DNA of 64,000 nucleotides from an uncultured bacterium (GTDB taxonomy: Bacteria > Acidobacteriota > HRBIN11 > JAKEFK01). The translations under genes and the position numbers were made by a program. The notes beneath the pieces were generated by a model, which searched no databases, was not told where the DNA came from, and saw nothing but the letters and a program-made list of their open reading frames with translations. Of the stretch, positions 9,978 through 19,626 are shown in pieces; the first letter of the stretch is position 1; every line of letters starts with the position of its first letter. Where the stretch lies: assembly GCA_963777505.1 (NCBI GenBank), contig CAVZQN010000004.1, forward strand, positions 832,001-896,000, read 5' to 3'.

Positions 9978-11828
9978 TCAGTTTTCATCTGTTAAAGCTG
10001 CTGCTTTGGTGGCGATAAGACCAAAGCCTTTCGCGCGCGCTTCTTTTTCGATGTTTGTCATAGCATTTCGGCTGTCAGGGCGCTTCCCGTATTTCAACTC
10101 GATTGCACAAATTGCAAATCGTGCTTCCCATTGAATGTCGACAAATCCGCGGCGGGTCGCTTCATCTAAAACACCTTGAATCCGGGTGAGCGCCTCTTGC
10201 CAGTAAGGAGCTTGAGCGGTTGAGGCGCAGACCTGAGATGCATGAAGTGTAACAAGAAAATAAGTTCGCAAACCTTTGTTTCTGTTATTCACAGCAAGAG
10301 CACGCTCCGCAACTTGAACTGCTTCCAGCATTCTTCCATCTTCCATTAAGCAACGGCTGTGCAAAGTAAGTGCATATGCTTCACAATCAGAACGCATCTC
10401 ATCACGGAAAACTCCAATGGCTTCGATCGCAATTTCATTCGCCTGTTTTACTTCGCCTTCTTCCAGTAATATCGCAGCGATCCCAAGCCGGCTTTCAGCC
10501 GCAGTTCCTTTTTCGCCAATTTCTTCGCGTATTTTCAATGATGCTTCAAACATTTTCATACTGTCTTCGTATGTGCCTTCAGCAAAAAGAACTTCAGCCA
10601 GATCGAACAATGTGAATGCAAGAGAGCTTCGATCTCCCATTTCTTCTTTCATTCTTATTACTTCATCGTAAAAAGCACGCGCCTCATATAGTTTTCCCTG
10701 GAAGTGATGAATCTCCGCAAGATTATTCATGATCCGGGCATTTCCGATACCATAGCCGGCTTTCTTTGAAATCTGAAGCGCTTCGGTATACCGTTTTTTA
10801 GCTTCTTCAAGATCGCCTTCCTGCATGAGCACATTTGCAATTCCCATGAGTGCTCGAACAACGCCAATCCGATCTCCTACATCTCGCGATGCTTCAAGTG
10901 CACTTTCATAGAGAGTTCGAGCAACGGCAAGATATCCAAGAATACGGTCGGTGTTCGCCATACAATTCAAAGCGGCTGATTCGCCACTGCGATCGCCGAT
11001 TGATTTGAAAATCGTGAGCGACTCTTCAAACATTCTTTTCGCAGCCTGAACGTCCCCTTTTCGACGATAAACATTCCCAAGCGTCAGATTCATGCGCGCT
11101 AATCCATCTTGATCGCCTTCAGCTACCAAAATTTTCTGCACTTCATTCAAAATTTGTTCAGCACGTTTTGGTTCACCGAGATCCGTATATCCTGCCGCTT
11201 CCATCATGCGCGCGCGAGCGACCATCAAACGTGCGGCATGCGAACCATTGGATGACAATTTGTTTGCGGCGCGTGTGGCAGCATCCACCTTTCGAGTAAA
11301 ATCGGATAACGAATCGGCTGCAAGTGCTTCTGCAAAATCAATTCGAGGATCTTCTGAATGTTCGGCTGATGATCTTCTAAGCAAATCTAAAACGGCTTGC
11401 GCTTCCTGACCGCGGCCAGCTTGCGTTAGAACCATTGCTAGACGAAAAGCGCATTGGAAACTTTCTGGATAAAAAACCAGTAATGATCGATAAATCTGAA
11501 TTGCTTTGTCCCAATCGTTTGAGAATTCGCGGTACATTCCTTCGATCAAGAGATTCATTTCGCGGGGCAGTCTGGAGGATTGTCCGAATGCAATTTTCGC
11601 TTCCTCACGCGCTTTATCTGTGTGCCCAAGAATTGCGAGTGTCTCTGCCAGTGCCGCATGAATCAACGGATCAGCAGGATCAAGAGCGACGGCCTTATGA
11701 AGAGAACTTCTTGCAGAAAAAGCATCCATGATCCTCAAACTTTCCAGAGCTTCGCTATAATGCTTTGCGGCTTTCGGATTTGATGGATGTGCAGAGAAAG
11801 CAGGACCTAATCCCTCTACGAATGCCAT
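9978..11828 (-). CDS. Tetratricopeptide repeat protein
   Basis: Multiple 40-aa kinesin-light-chain-like TPRs (e.g. LGNVY..KGD...A...FEESL.I...IGDRSGE). Confidence 0.85.
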   Translation of the reverse strand: MAFVEGLGPAFSAHPSNPKAAKHYSEALESLRIMDAFSARSSLHKAVALDPADPLIHAALAETLAILGHTDKAREEAKIAFGQSSRLPREMNLLIEGMYREFSNDWDKAIQIYRSLLVFYPESFQCAFRLAMVLTQAGRGQEAQAVLDLLRRSSAEHSEDPRIDFAEALAADSLSDFTRKVDAATRAANKLSSNGSHAARLMVARARMMEAAGYTDLGEPKRAEQILNEVQKILVAEGDQDGLARMNLTLGNVYRRKGDVQAAKRMFEESLTIFKSIGDRSGESAALNCMANTDRILGYLAVARTLYESALEASRDVGDRIGVVRALMGIANVLMQEGDLEEAKKRYTEALQISKKAGYGIGNARIMNNLAEIHHFQGKLYEARAFYDEVIRMKEEMGDRSSLAFTLFDLAEVLFAEGTYEDSMKMFEASLKIREEIGEKGTAAESRLGIAAILLEEGEVKQANEIAIEAIGVFRDEMRSDCEAYALTLHSRCLMEDGRMLEAVQVAERALAVNNRNKGLRTYFLVTLHASQVCASTAQAPYWQEALTRIQGVLDEATRRGFVDIQWEARFAICAIELKYGKRPDSRNAMTNIEKEARAKGFGLIATKAAALTDEN

Positions 11829-11897
11829 AGGACTTCCCTCTCTGTCTAATATTGTATTCCTGTTTCGCGTGATTCCACAAAAACTTTGCGTCTCTTG

Positions 11898-11923
11898 GTA
11901 GGGGGCGACCCTTGTGGTCGCCC
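11898..11923. repeat. GTAG-type REP palindrome
   Basis: GTAGGGGGCGACCCTTGTGGTCGCCC. Confidence 0.7.
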
Positions 11924-11968
11924 ATTTTTGGTCTCGGCGGTAAAGTGAACCTGTCGTATACTCTCCTC

Positions 11969-13726
11969 ATGAAATCAAAAACAATTTTGTTGGGTATCGT
12001 TTTTGTTTTATTTCAATTTATAACCGGTTTGTACGCTGCTGAACCTGATGTCGAGATCCGCTGGAGCGTAAAGATTCCAGTGAGAGATGGCGTAAAACTG
12101 AATGCAACTGTGTATCTTCCAAAGCCGAATGCGGGGCCAACTCCGGTAATTTTTACATTCACCCCATACATATCTGACAGTTATCATCCGAGAGCATACT
12201 ATTTCGCAAAACATGGATATGGCTTTCTTCTAATCGATGTTCGTGGCCGCGGAAATTCAGAAGGACTCTTTGAACCATTCAAAAATGAAGGTCAGGACGG
12301 ACATGATGTTGTTGAATGGATTGCAAAACAAAGCTGGTGTAATGGCAAAGTTACAATGTGGGGCGGATCCTATGCAGGCTTTGATCAATGGTCGGTCTTA
12401 AAAGAATTTCCCCAGCATCTTTCCACAATTGTTCCAGCTGCAGCTGCATATGCCGGAGTCGATTTTCCATTCTTCAAAAACATTTTTTACTCATACGACA
12501 TTCAATGGCTGACCTTCACAAGTGGGGTGGCTTCAAATGCAAATTTGTTTGGAGAATCTTCAGTATGGAATCAGTATTTTCGCGAAAGATATCTGAATCA
12601 CCGGCCTTTCCGCGAACTCGATCAGATTTCTGGCAATACTGCTTCACATTTTCAGACCTGGCTTAAACATCCGACACCTGATGAATATTGGGATGCCATG
12701 GTCCCATCTCAAGCTGATTACGAAAAAATTAACAGCCCAATTTTATCGATCACAGGCCATTACGATGGAGATCAGGCAGGAGCCCTGGAGTATTACAAAA
12801 GACATATGAAGTATGGTTCAGTGTCAGGAAAAGCAAAACATTACCTGATTATGGGACCTTGGGATCATGCAGGAACCAGAACACCTGAACTCGAGTTTGG
12901 CGGATTGAAGTTTGGTGAAGCTAGCAAGCTCGATATGAATAAGCTTCACACTGAATGGTATGACTGGACAATGAAGACTGGAACGAAACCAGAATTTCTA
13001 AAGGATCAGGTTGCGTATTTTGTTACGGGTGCCGAGAAATGGAAATATGCGAAAAGTCTGGAAGCAATTTCCAACGATAAAAAAGTTTTCTATTTAAACT
13101 CGAATGGCTCGGCAAATGATGTTTTTCGTTCCGGCGTAATGACGGAGAAGAAACCGGAGGGGTCAAAACCGGATGAATATGTTTATGATCCTTTGGATAC
13201 CCGTCCTGCCGAAATAGAAAAAGATGAAGTCGATTCACCGTATACGGATCAGCGATACGCCCTAAATTTATTTGGAAATGGTCTCGTATACCATACGGAA
13301 CCGTTTGCTGAGGAAACCGAATTCTCCGGATTCATCAAGTTTGTGGCATGGATCGCAATGGATGTGCCTGACACCGATTTTCAAGCAACAATTTATGAAA
13401 TCTTACCTGAAGGCAAAAGCATTCTTCTTACGCAGGATATGATTCGTGCAAGATATCGCGACTCATTGCGCGAAGCAAAGCTTGTAAAGCCAGGCGAAAT
13501 CAACCGTTACGAATTTAATGCTTTTACGTTCATGTCGCGTCAAATTGGAAAAGGGAGCAGGCTTCGTTTGTTAATTACGTGTCCGAATACAATTCATCTG
13601 CAAAAGAATTACAACAGTGGTGGTGATGTTTCTGCGGAGACTGCCAAAGATGCTCGCACTGCACACGTGAAGTTGTATCATGACGCAGAACATCCGTCGT
13701 TTTTGGAATTGCCAATCGTGAAGTAG
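11969..13726 (+). CDS. CocE/NonD family hydrolase (peptidase S15-like), secreted
   Basis: Signal peptide; RDGVKL, TPY, DVRGRG.SEG, GGSYAG and GPWDH motifs. Confidence 0.9.
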   Translation: MKSKTILLGIVFVLFQFITGLYAAEPDVEIRWSVKIPVRDGVKLNATVYLPKPNAGPTPVIFTFTPYISDSYHPRAYYFAKHGYGFLLIDVRGRGNSEGLFEPFKNEGQDGHDVVEWIAKQSWCNGKVTMWGGSYAGFDQWSVLKEFPQHLSTIVPAAAAYAGVDFPFFKNIFYSYDIQWLTFTSGVASNANLFGESSVWNQYFRERYLNHRPFRELDQISGNTASHFQTWLKHPTPDEYWDAMVPSQADYEKINSPILSITGHYDGDQAGALEYYKRHMKYGSVSGKAKHYLIMGPWDHAGTRTPELEFGGLKFGEASKLDMNKLHTEWYDWTMKTGTKPEFLKDQVAYFVTGAEKWKYAKSLEAISNDKKVFYLNSNGSANDVFRSGVMTEKKPEGSKPDEYVYDPLDTRPAEIEKDEVDSPYTDQRYALNLFGNGLVYHTEPFAEETEFSGFIKFVAWIAMDVPDTDFQATIYEILPEGKSILLTQDMIRARYRDSLREAKLVKPGEINRYEFNAFTFMSRQIGKGSRLRLLITCPNTIHLQKNYNSGGDVSAETAKDARTAHVKLYHDAEHPSFLELPIVK

Positions 13727-13729
13727 TTC

Positions 13730-13827
13730 GTAGTAGGCACGCAGGCGAGCGAAGCGAGGCAGGCCGTATTGAATATGTTTCACGGTACTGTTCGGACGCA
13801 TAAATGCGCCTGACTGGTACCAACTAC
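13730..13827. repeat. ~100-bp structured REPIN/MITE-like element, copy 1
   Basis: GTAG...CTAC termini and two internal hairpins; similar to the reverse complement of 24428-24527. Confidence 0.7.
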
Positions 13828-13843
13828 AAACCAAAGAATTTTG

Positions 13844-14023
13844 CTAAGGCGGCACGGATTTGATCCGGGACTCATCGGGTATTCGTGTATAATTCTCTAG
13901 AAAATCTTTAGGTGTCAAAAAAATAACCGCGATAATTGCCAGGCAATAAATATCCCATTGCCATGATCCGCGCGAATATGTCCAGTAAAAGGTCGCACGC
14001 AGAAATCTTGCTAAAGGGTTCAT
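13844..14023 (-). CDS. 59-aa single-TM small protein absent from the ORF track
   Basis: Hand translation: MNPLARFLRATFYWTYSRGSWQWDIYCLAIIAVIFLTPKDFLENYTRIPDESRIKSVPP; ATGA overlap with the VTT gene stop. Confidence 0.72.
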   Translation of the reverse strand: MNPLARFLRATFYWTYSRGSWQWDIYCLAIIAVIFLTPKDFLENYTRIPDESRIKSVPP

Positions 14024-14739
14024 GCTTTCTTTCTTCGTTTCTTAATGATATCAGAAACGAGTTTTACGACTGCTGGAAGAAGAGTCACTAAAAACAAAAT
14101 GATGATCCATTTGAAAGGCAATTCCTTGCCTACATAAGCAAGAATTAGATAACGCGGAAAGCGTCCGGTAAAAGTCGCAAGAACGTATTTCCAATACGTA
14201 TAAGCTCGTGAGATTGCCAGTAGTCTGACGACATCAACGGGGATCGGAAGGAACGCAGCAGCACTTAAGGTTAGAAAAGCGTATTTATCAAAAAAATGTA
14301 AGAGCCTTCGATAGGTGCGAATGTCACGTACTTTTTTTACACGATGATGCCGAAACATCCATCCGAGAATTGCGTAATCGTTGAAATTCGCGATGCAGGT
14401 TCCGACAGCTCCAATGAAGGCAACGAGCACCGGATGGAATGCTTTTGCAACAAAAGCAATGGGAGGCAGAGTAGGGATTGGGAAAAACTGGCATGCGACG
14501 CACATGTATATAAAGAAGTCGTACAAAATTGATCCGTCTTGCGTCACCTGAACATCAGGCTTACGCACCTGTTTTAACAGCGTTAAAAGGCTTGGTCCTT
14601 CAACGTAAAAGATGCGAATAAGAATGAGGATCGTAAAAAAAACGGCGAGAGAAATGAAAATACGTTTTACGCGAATTTCAGGAATCGCAAGGGGCGGAAC
14701 TATTTCTTCTACTGGGACTTCGGGAGTGTCTATTTCCAT
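14020..14739 (-). CDS. VTT/DedA-superfamily membrane protein
   Basis: FLPIPVDV...F.GRFPRY motif; several TM helices. Confidence 0.72.
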   Translation of the reverse strand: MEIDTPEVPVEEIVPPLAIPEIRVKRIFISLAVFFTILILIRIFYVEGPSLLTLLKQVRKPDVQVTQDGSILYDFFIYMCVACQFFPIPTLPPIAFVAKAFHPVLVAFIGAVGTCIANFNDYAILGWMFRHHRVKKVRDIRTYRRLLHFFDKYAFLTLSAAAFLPIPVDVVRLLAISRAYTYWKYVLATFTGRFPRYLILAYVGKELPFKWIIILFLVTLLPAVVKLVSDIIKKRRKKA

Positions 14740-14751
14740 CTGCGTTTATAA

Positions 14752-14824
14752 GTACGGGCGGGTCTAAAGCCCGCCCGAGAACGTTGTTGATGAATAACAG
14801 GCGGGTCTAAGACCCGCCCCTACG
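14752..14824. repeat. GTAG-type REP doublet (REPIN)
   Basis: GTACGGGCGGGTCTAAAGCCCGCCC ... GGCGGGTCTAAGACCCGCCCCTAC. Confidence 0.8.
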
Positions 14825-14837
14825 TCAATATTTCTAC

Positions 14838-15494
14838 TCAGTCGATAATATAGCCGTTCCGTGTAATAAACAGCTTTCGCCTTCCACCTGAAAAATATGG
14901 AGATTCTACGTAAACAGCTTCAGGAAATTTGCAATATTTTCTGTTGCGATGCAGGAATCTGAAGATGACATCTGCGCCATGATCGGCGAGCCATTCATCA
15001 TTCGGTTGCTGATAGTGATGTTTGTTTTGTTCAATGCTTGTGAAGGTAATTAATTTTTCATAGTTTCCGAGCCCGGTGAATCGTATCCATTTTGGAAATC
15101 TTAGAAAAATTCCACCCGCTGAAGCGCGCGATCCGCTCCAGCGAAAATCTGTTGTGTGACCACGATTGTCAGTGTATTGAACGACACCTCGTTTTATTGC
15201 AGCCGTTCCTGCTGGATAAGCTCTGTCACCTACGTATCGATACGTGGAAAGATAGACGGCGGTGAGAATAAGAACAGCGGAAAGAATTAGAAAGGGAAGC
15301 CAAAACAAAACTGCATTTCGCTGAAATCGTAACAGAATAGGGTCATAGGGATAGGGAGGGTTCCATTTTCGCCGCAGTTGAGAGTACATCGTCGCCATTC
15401 TGCGGCAGAAAAAATAGAGACAAAATAAGAACAGTCCTGCGGCGACTAGCGTAAACCGCAAGTACGGACCCTGAAATGCAGAAACCAGCGACAT
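14838..15494 (-). CDS. Hypothetical 2-TM membrane protein
   Basis: Long ORF in operon orientation; two hydrophobic helices. Confidence 0.6.
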   Translation of the reverse strand: MSLVSAFQGPYLRFTLVAAGLFLFCLYFFCRRMATMYSQLRRKWNPPYPYDPILLRFQRNAVLFWLPFLILSAVLILTAVYLSTYRYVGDRAYPAGTAAIKRGVVQYTDNRGHTTDFRWSGSRASAGGIFLRFPKWIRFTGLGNYEKLITFTSIEQNKHHYQQPNDEWLADHGADVIFRFLHRNRKYCKFPEAVYVESPYFSGGRRKLFITRNGYIID

Positions 15495-15509
15495 CTATTT
15501 GAGGCCGGA

Positions 15510-15791
15510 CTACGGCGCGAGAATTTTCACATCTGACAACAATGGCCGTTTCAAGTACCGGTTAATTTTGCTGATAATTTCCGGCTTCATTGAATTCAGT
15601 GTTGAAAGCCATTGCGGATGGTGAACGCGCACTGTCAGCACTCCCTCCTGGAATCGTTCGGGCTCTGTTACTTTTCGTAAATTTTCCCCGACACAATAAT
15701 TCCAGGCAATCCGCACGATTCCCTGTTGCACTTCCGGAATGTCCGCGTAATGCTCCGTAAATACTGGATACAGTTCCGCGATTGGGAACAT
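15510..15791 (-). CDS. DUF721/DciA family protein
   Basis: W...VG.....T.P.....G.L.V.V....W...L......I...IN pattern. Confidence 0.7.
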   Translation of the reverse strand: MFPIAELYPVFTEHYADIPEVQQGIVRIAWNYCVGENLRKVTEPERFQEGVLTVRVHHPQWLSTLNSMKPEIISKINRYLKRPLLSDVKILAP

Positions 15792-15792
15792 C

Positions 15793-16293
15793 TCACTCCA
15801 TTATGATCAAAACCTGTTGTGAGGAAACAGGCGCACCTTCGGAAACTAAAATCTGTAGCACCTTACCTGGGCGCGGCGCCTTCAATTCGTTCTGCATTTT
15901 CATGGCTTCCATGATCAGCAGAGCGTCTCCCTCTTTGACTTCTTTGTTTTCTGTTACCGCGATCTTTACAATCTTGCCCGGCATTGGCGCAAAAACTTTA
16001 AATGGGCCCGCCGGCGTAGATTTTTTTGCAAGTTCGGACGCTTTGAACTTGCGAGCCTCATACAACTCAAAAAGAATTGTTCCATTGTGAAAATGCGCCT
16101 CAAAACGATTATTCTGTTTTGCAAGCGCAACTTCGTATGATTCGCCTTCCACCAGCAGCGAAAAAACCTGCGGATCCGGTCGAACCGCATTTACAGTAAA
16201 AGTTTTCTCTCCAATTGTCAAACTATAACTTCCATTTTTTTGTTCCACTTCAACGGAAACTTGTTTTCCCGAAATCATTGCAATGAATTTCAT
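15793..16293 (-). CDS. Biotin carboxyl carrier protein
   Basis: APMPG and EAMKMQNE biotinylation motif. Confidence 0.92.
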   Translation of the reverse strand: MKFIAMISGKQVSVEVEQKNGSYSLTIGEKTFTVNAVRPDPQVFSLLVEGESYEVALAKQNNRFEAHFHNGTILFELYEARKFKASELAKKSTPAGPFKVFAPMPGKIVKIAVTENKEVKEGDALLIMEAMKMQNELKAPRPGKVLQILVSEGAPVSSQQVLIIME

Positions 16294-17792
16294 TCGCGTA
16301 ATCCCTCTTTTCTTCCAAGTATTTTCCAGGCATTCACTTGTTTTGAAGAAGGATCTGGTATTTGTGAAAATCCGGATGTTAGACGCTCAAATTCCGAAAT
16401 CGCAGCTGCAGCCAGCGCGATGTCTTCATATGGATTTTGTTCTGAAGTTTTTTCTTTTTTAAAGAAGTCATCAATAAATGAAGTTGTGACGTTTCCTTTT
16501 TCGAACGCTGTAGTTCTTAACACCTGCTGATAAAAGGGGATTGTCGTTTTAATTCCGACAACAAGATATTCCTCCAGCGCTCGTGTCATCCGTTCGATTG
16601 CTTCTTTGCGATTTCGTCCCCATGCGACAAGCTTGGACAAGAGTGGATCGTAATGGATAGGCACTTCGAATCCCTCATAAATTCCACTGTCATCACGGAT
16701 TCCCGGGCCACCAGGGACACGTAAGGTCGAGATAATTCCTGGAAATGGAAGGAAATTATGTTTCGGATCTTCTGCATAAATCCGGCACTCAATCGCAGCA
16801 CCGCGAAAAACAATGTCTTTCTGACTGAATTGCAATTTTTCTCCAGCAGCAATTCGGATCTGTTCCTTTACGATATCGACTCCGGTCACCATTTCTGTTG
16901 TTGGATGCTCTACCTGCACACGAGTATTCATTTCAAGGAAATAAAAATTCTGATTTGCATCCACAAGAAATTCCATGGTGCCCGCATTTGTATAACCGAT
17001 ATCCTGCGCCGTTCGTACAGCAGCTGAACACATGTTTTCGCGTGTCTCATTTGTAATGAAAGGAGAAGGACATTCTTCAATCACTTTTTGATGCCTGCGT
17101 TGAATTGAACATTCCCGTTCACCAAGATGAATTACATTTCCAAAATGATCGGCGATCACCTGAATTTCTACATGATGAGGACTCTTAATCTGCTTTTCCA
17201 AATAAACGGATGAATCACCAAAAGCTGACAATGCTTCTGATTGCGCAATTTCAAAAGCAGCTTTCAATTCAGACTGACTTGAAGCAAGACGGAGGCCTTT
17301 ACCGCCGCCACCTGCTGCTGCCTTAATCATGATCGGGTAACCAAATTCATCCGCAATTCGTATCGCTTCATTGAGGTCGCTGATCGGTTCAAGCGTACCT
17401 GGCACCACTGGCATTCCTGTGCGCGTAACAGCTTGCCGCGCTTGTGTTTTGTTGCCCATCAATTCAATGATCTGACTTTTGGGTCCAATGAAAATAATGC
17501 CGGCTTTTTCGCAGGCTTCAGCAAAACCAGCACGCTCCGATAAAAAACCATACCCGGGATGAACTGCTTCACATTTTGTTTCTTTAATACATTCAATAAT
17601 CCGCGGAATATTGAGATAACTTTCTGAAGAAGGGGAAGGACCCAACAAGATCGCTTCATCCGCAAGCCGCACAGCAAGCGATGTGCGATCGGCTTCGGAA
17701 TAGCCCACGACTGCAGTTTTCCCCATCTCGCGACATGCGCGGATGATCCGGACGGCGATCTCGCCACGGTTGGCTATGAATATTCGATTCAT
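16290..17792 (-). CDS. accC: Biotin carboxylase subunit of acetyl/propionyl-CoA carboxylase
   Basis: ANRGEIA, HPGYGFLSE, GGGGKG, RECSIQRRHQK and EMNTR.QVEH motifs. Confidence 0.93.
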   Translation of the reverse strand: MNRIFIANRGEIAVRIIRACREMGKTAVVGYSEADRTSLAVRLADEAILLGPSPSSESYLNIPRIIECIKETKCEAVHPGYGFLSERAGFAEACEKAGIIFIGPKSQIIELMGNKTQARQAVTRTGMPVVPGTLEPISDLNEAIRIADEFGYPIMIKAAAGGGGKGLRLASSQSELKAAFEIAQSEALSAFGDSSVYLEKQIKSPHHVEIQVIADHFGNVIHLGERECSIQRRHQKVIEECPSPFITNETRENMCSAAVRTAQDIGYTNAGTMEFLVDANQNFYFLEMNTRVQVEHPTTEMVTGVDIVKEQIRIAAGEKLQFSQKDIVFRGAAIECRIYAEDPKHNFLPFPGIISTLRVPGGPGIRDDSGIYEGFEVPIHYDPLLSKLVAWGRNRKEAIERMTRALEEYLVVGIKTTIPFYQQVLRTTAFEKGNVTTSFIDDFFKKEKTSEQNPYEDIALAAAAISEFERLTSGFSQIPDPSSKQVNAWKILGRKEGLRE

Positions 17793-17824
17793 GTGTATAC
17801 GCAAGTATAAGTGAAGTTGTACCG

Positions 17825-18006
17825 GCGGGGGAGCGGAGGTGCAGGGGAGCAGGGGGGCGGAGGAGCGGGGGAGGAGAGGGGAGAAAGGGTGAAGGGGAGA
17901 AAGGGTGAAGGGAGAAAGGGAGAAAGTGATAGCCGGTTAAAATGAAAGCGTATGACAAATACGTTTAGCCGATCACCCTCGCTCCCCTGCTCCCTTTCTC
18001 CCCTGC
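17825..18006. repeat. G-rich octamer tandem repeat with an inverted C-rich arm
   Basis: (GCAGGGGA/GAAAGGGA)n at 17825-17926; CCCTCGCTCCCCTGCTCCCTTTCTCCCCTGC at 17976-18006. Confidence 0.75.
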
Positions 18007-18048
18007 ATTATCCATATACAAACGCAAAGAAGCGGAGAATAATTCTCC

Positions 18049-19590
18049 CTACAACGGAATATTCCCGTGCTTCTTCGGTGGATTTTTGTCCCTCTTGTTT
18101 TCCAGCGCCGCTAGGGCGGTGATCAGCTTTGCGCGGGTATGTTGTGGTTCGATTACTTCATCGATGAATCCGCGTTCTGCTGCCACATAGGGACTTGCGA
18201 ATTTTTCTCTGTATTCCTGGATCATTTTTTGGCGGAATGCTTCCGGATCTTTAGCCTTTGCAATTTCACGCTTATATACAATATTTACTGCGCCTTCGGG
18301 ACCCATCACCGCAATTTCAGCACCCGGATAAGCAAAATTAAAATCGGTGCGAATATGTTTGCTTGCCATAACGCAATATGCGCCACCATATGACTTACGT
18401 GTGATTACAGTAATTTTAGGTACAGTCGCTTCAGCAAATGCATACAGGAGCTTGGCACCATGTTTGATAATTCCGTTAAATTCCTGATCGGTTCCCGGAA
18501 GAAATCCTGGAACATCTTCAAAAACAATTAAAGGAATATTGAAACAATCGCAAAAACGAACAAACCGCGCAGCTTTAATTGACGCATTGATATCAAGTGT
18601 TCCTGCCAGATGGGCGGGTTGATTCGCAACAATTCCGGCTGTGCGTCCTGCGAATCGCGCAAAACCGATCACGATGTTTTGAGCGAAATACGGTTGTACC
18701 TCAAAAAAATTCCGATCATCAACTACCGAATGAATTAATACTTTGATGTCATAGGGTAAGTTTGGATCTTCCGGTATGAGCGTCAGCAAAGATTCATCCG
18801 ATCGACCCGGATCATCGGAAGTTTTCACAAAAGGAGGATCTTCTGCATTGTTGGACGGTAAATACGAAAAGAGTTCGCGGATTGAAGTTAAGCAGGATTG
18901 ATCGTCTTCAACTGCAAAATGTGCAACACCGCTAAGCGCATTGTGTGTCATCGCGCCGCCTAACTCTTCTTTTGTAACTTCCTCATGCGTTACTGTTTTG
19001 ATTACATCGGGACCTGTAATAAACATGTAACTCGTATCTTTGACCATAAAAATGAAATCAGTGATTGCAGGAGAATAAACGGCTCCACCTGCACAGGGTC
19101 CCATAATTGCACTGATCTGGGGAATCACACCCGATGCAAGTGTATTGCGCAAAAAGATGTCCGCATACCCTGCAAGACTTGCAACTCCTTCCTGAATGCG
19201 TGCGCCGCCGGAATCATTCAGGCCAATAACCGGAGCACCAGCTTTCATCGCAAGATCCATAATCTTGCAGACTTTTGCTGCATTCGTTTCACTGAGGCTG
19301 CCGCCGAAGACTGTAAAATCTTGCGCGAAAAGAAATACGAGACGTCCATCTATCCGGCCGTGACCCGTGATGAAACCATCTCCTGGAATTTTCTGTTCTT
19401 GCATTCCAAAATCCAGGCATCGATGAACGACAAAACGATCGGTTTCAACAAACGAACCTTCATCAACCAGCAGCGAAATTCTTTCACGTGCCGACAGTTT
19501 TCCTTCTTTATGTTGTCTTTCGATGCGCTCTTCGCCACCACCCTGATCGGATTGCTCATTTCGTTTGCGGAGTTCGTCTATCTTTTTCAT
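18049..19590 (-). CDS. pccB: Acyl-CoA carboxyltransferase beta subunit
   Basis: [30 protein letters not shown] and C-terminal KKHGNIPL. Confidence 0.92.
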   Translation of the reverse strand: MKKIDELRKRNEQSDQGGGEERIERQHKEGKLSARERISLLVDEGSFVETDRFVVHRCLDFGMQEQKIPGDGFITGHGRIDGRLVFLFAQDFTVFGGSLSETNAAKVCKIMDLAMKAGAPVIGLNDSGGARIQEGVASLAGYADIFLRNTLASGVIPQISAIMGPCAGGAVYSPAITDFIFMVKDTSYMFITGPDVIKTVTHEEVTKEELGGAMTHNALSGVAHFAVEDDQSCLTSIRELFSYLPSNNAEDPPFVKTSDDPGRSDESLLTLIPEDPNLPYDIKVLIHSVVDDRNFFEVQPYFAQNIVIGFARFAGRTAGIVANQPAHLAGTLDINASIKAARFVRFCDCFNIPLIVFEDVPGFLPGTDQEFNGIIKHGAKLLYAFAEATVPKITVITRKSYGGAYCVMASKHIRTDFNFAYPGAEIAVMGPEGAVNIVYKREIAKAKDPEAFRQKMIQEYREKFASPYVAAERGFIDEVIEPQHTRAKLITALAALENKRDKNPPKKHGNIPL

Positions 19591-19626
19591 ATCTTATTCA
19601 CCACAGAGACACAAAGTTCATCGATA

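Noticed and set aside
17825-18006. CRISPR array here or at other repeat clusters
   Set aside because: The units are 7-9 bp tandem repeats without unique spacers, and no cas genes are present.
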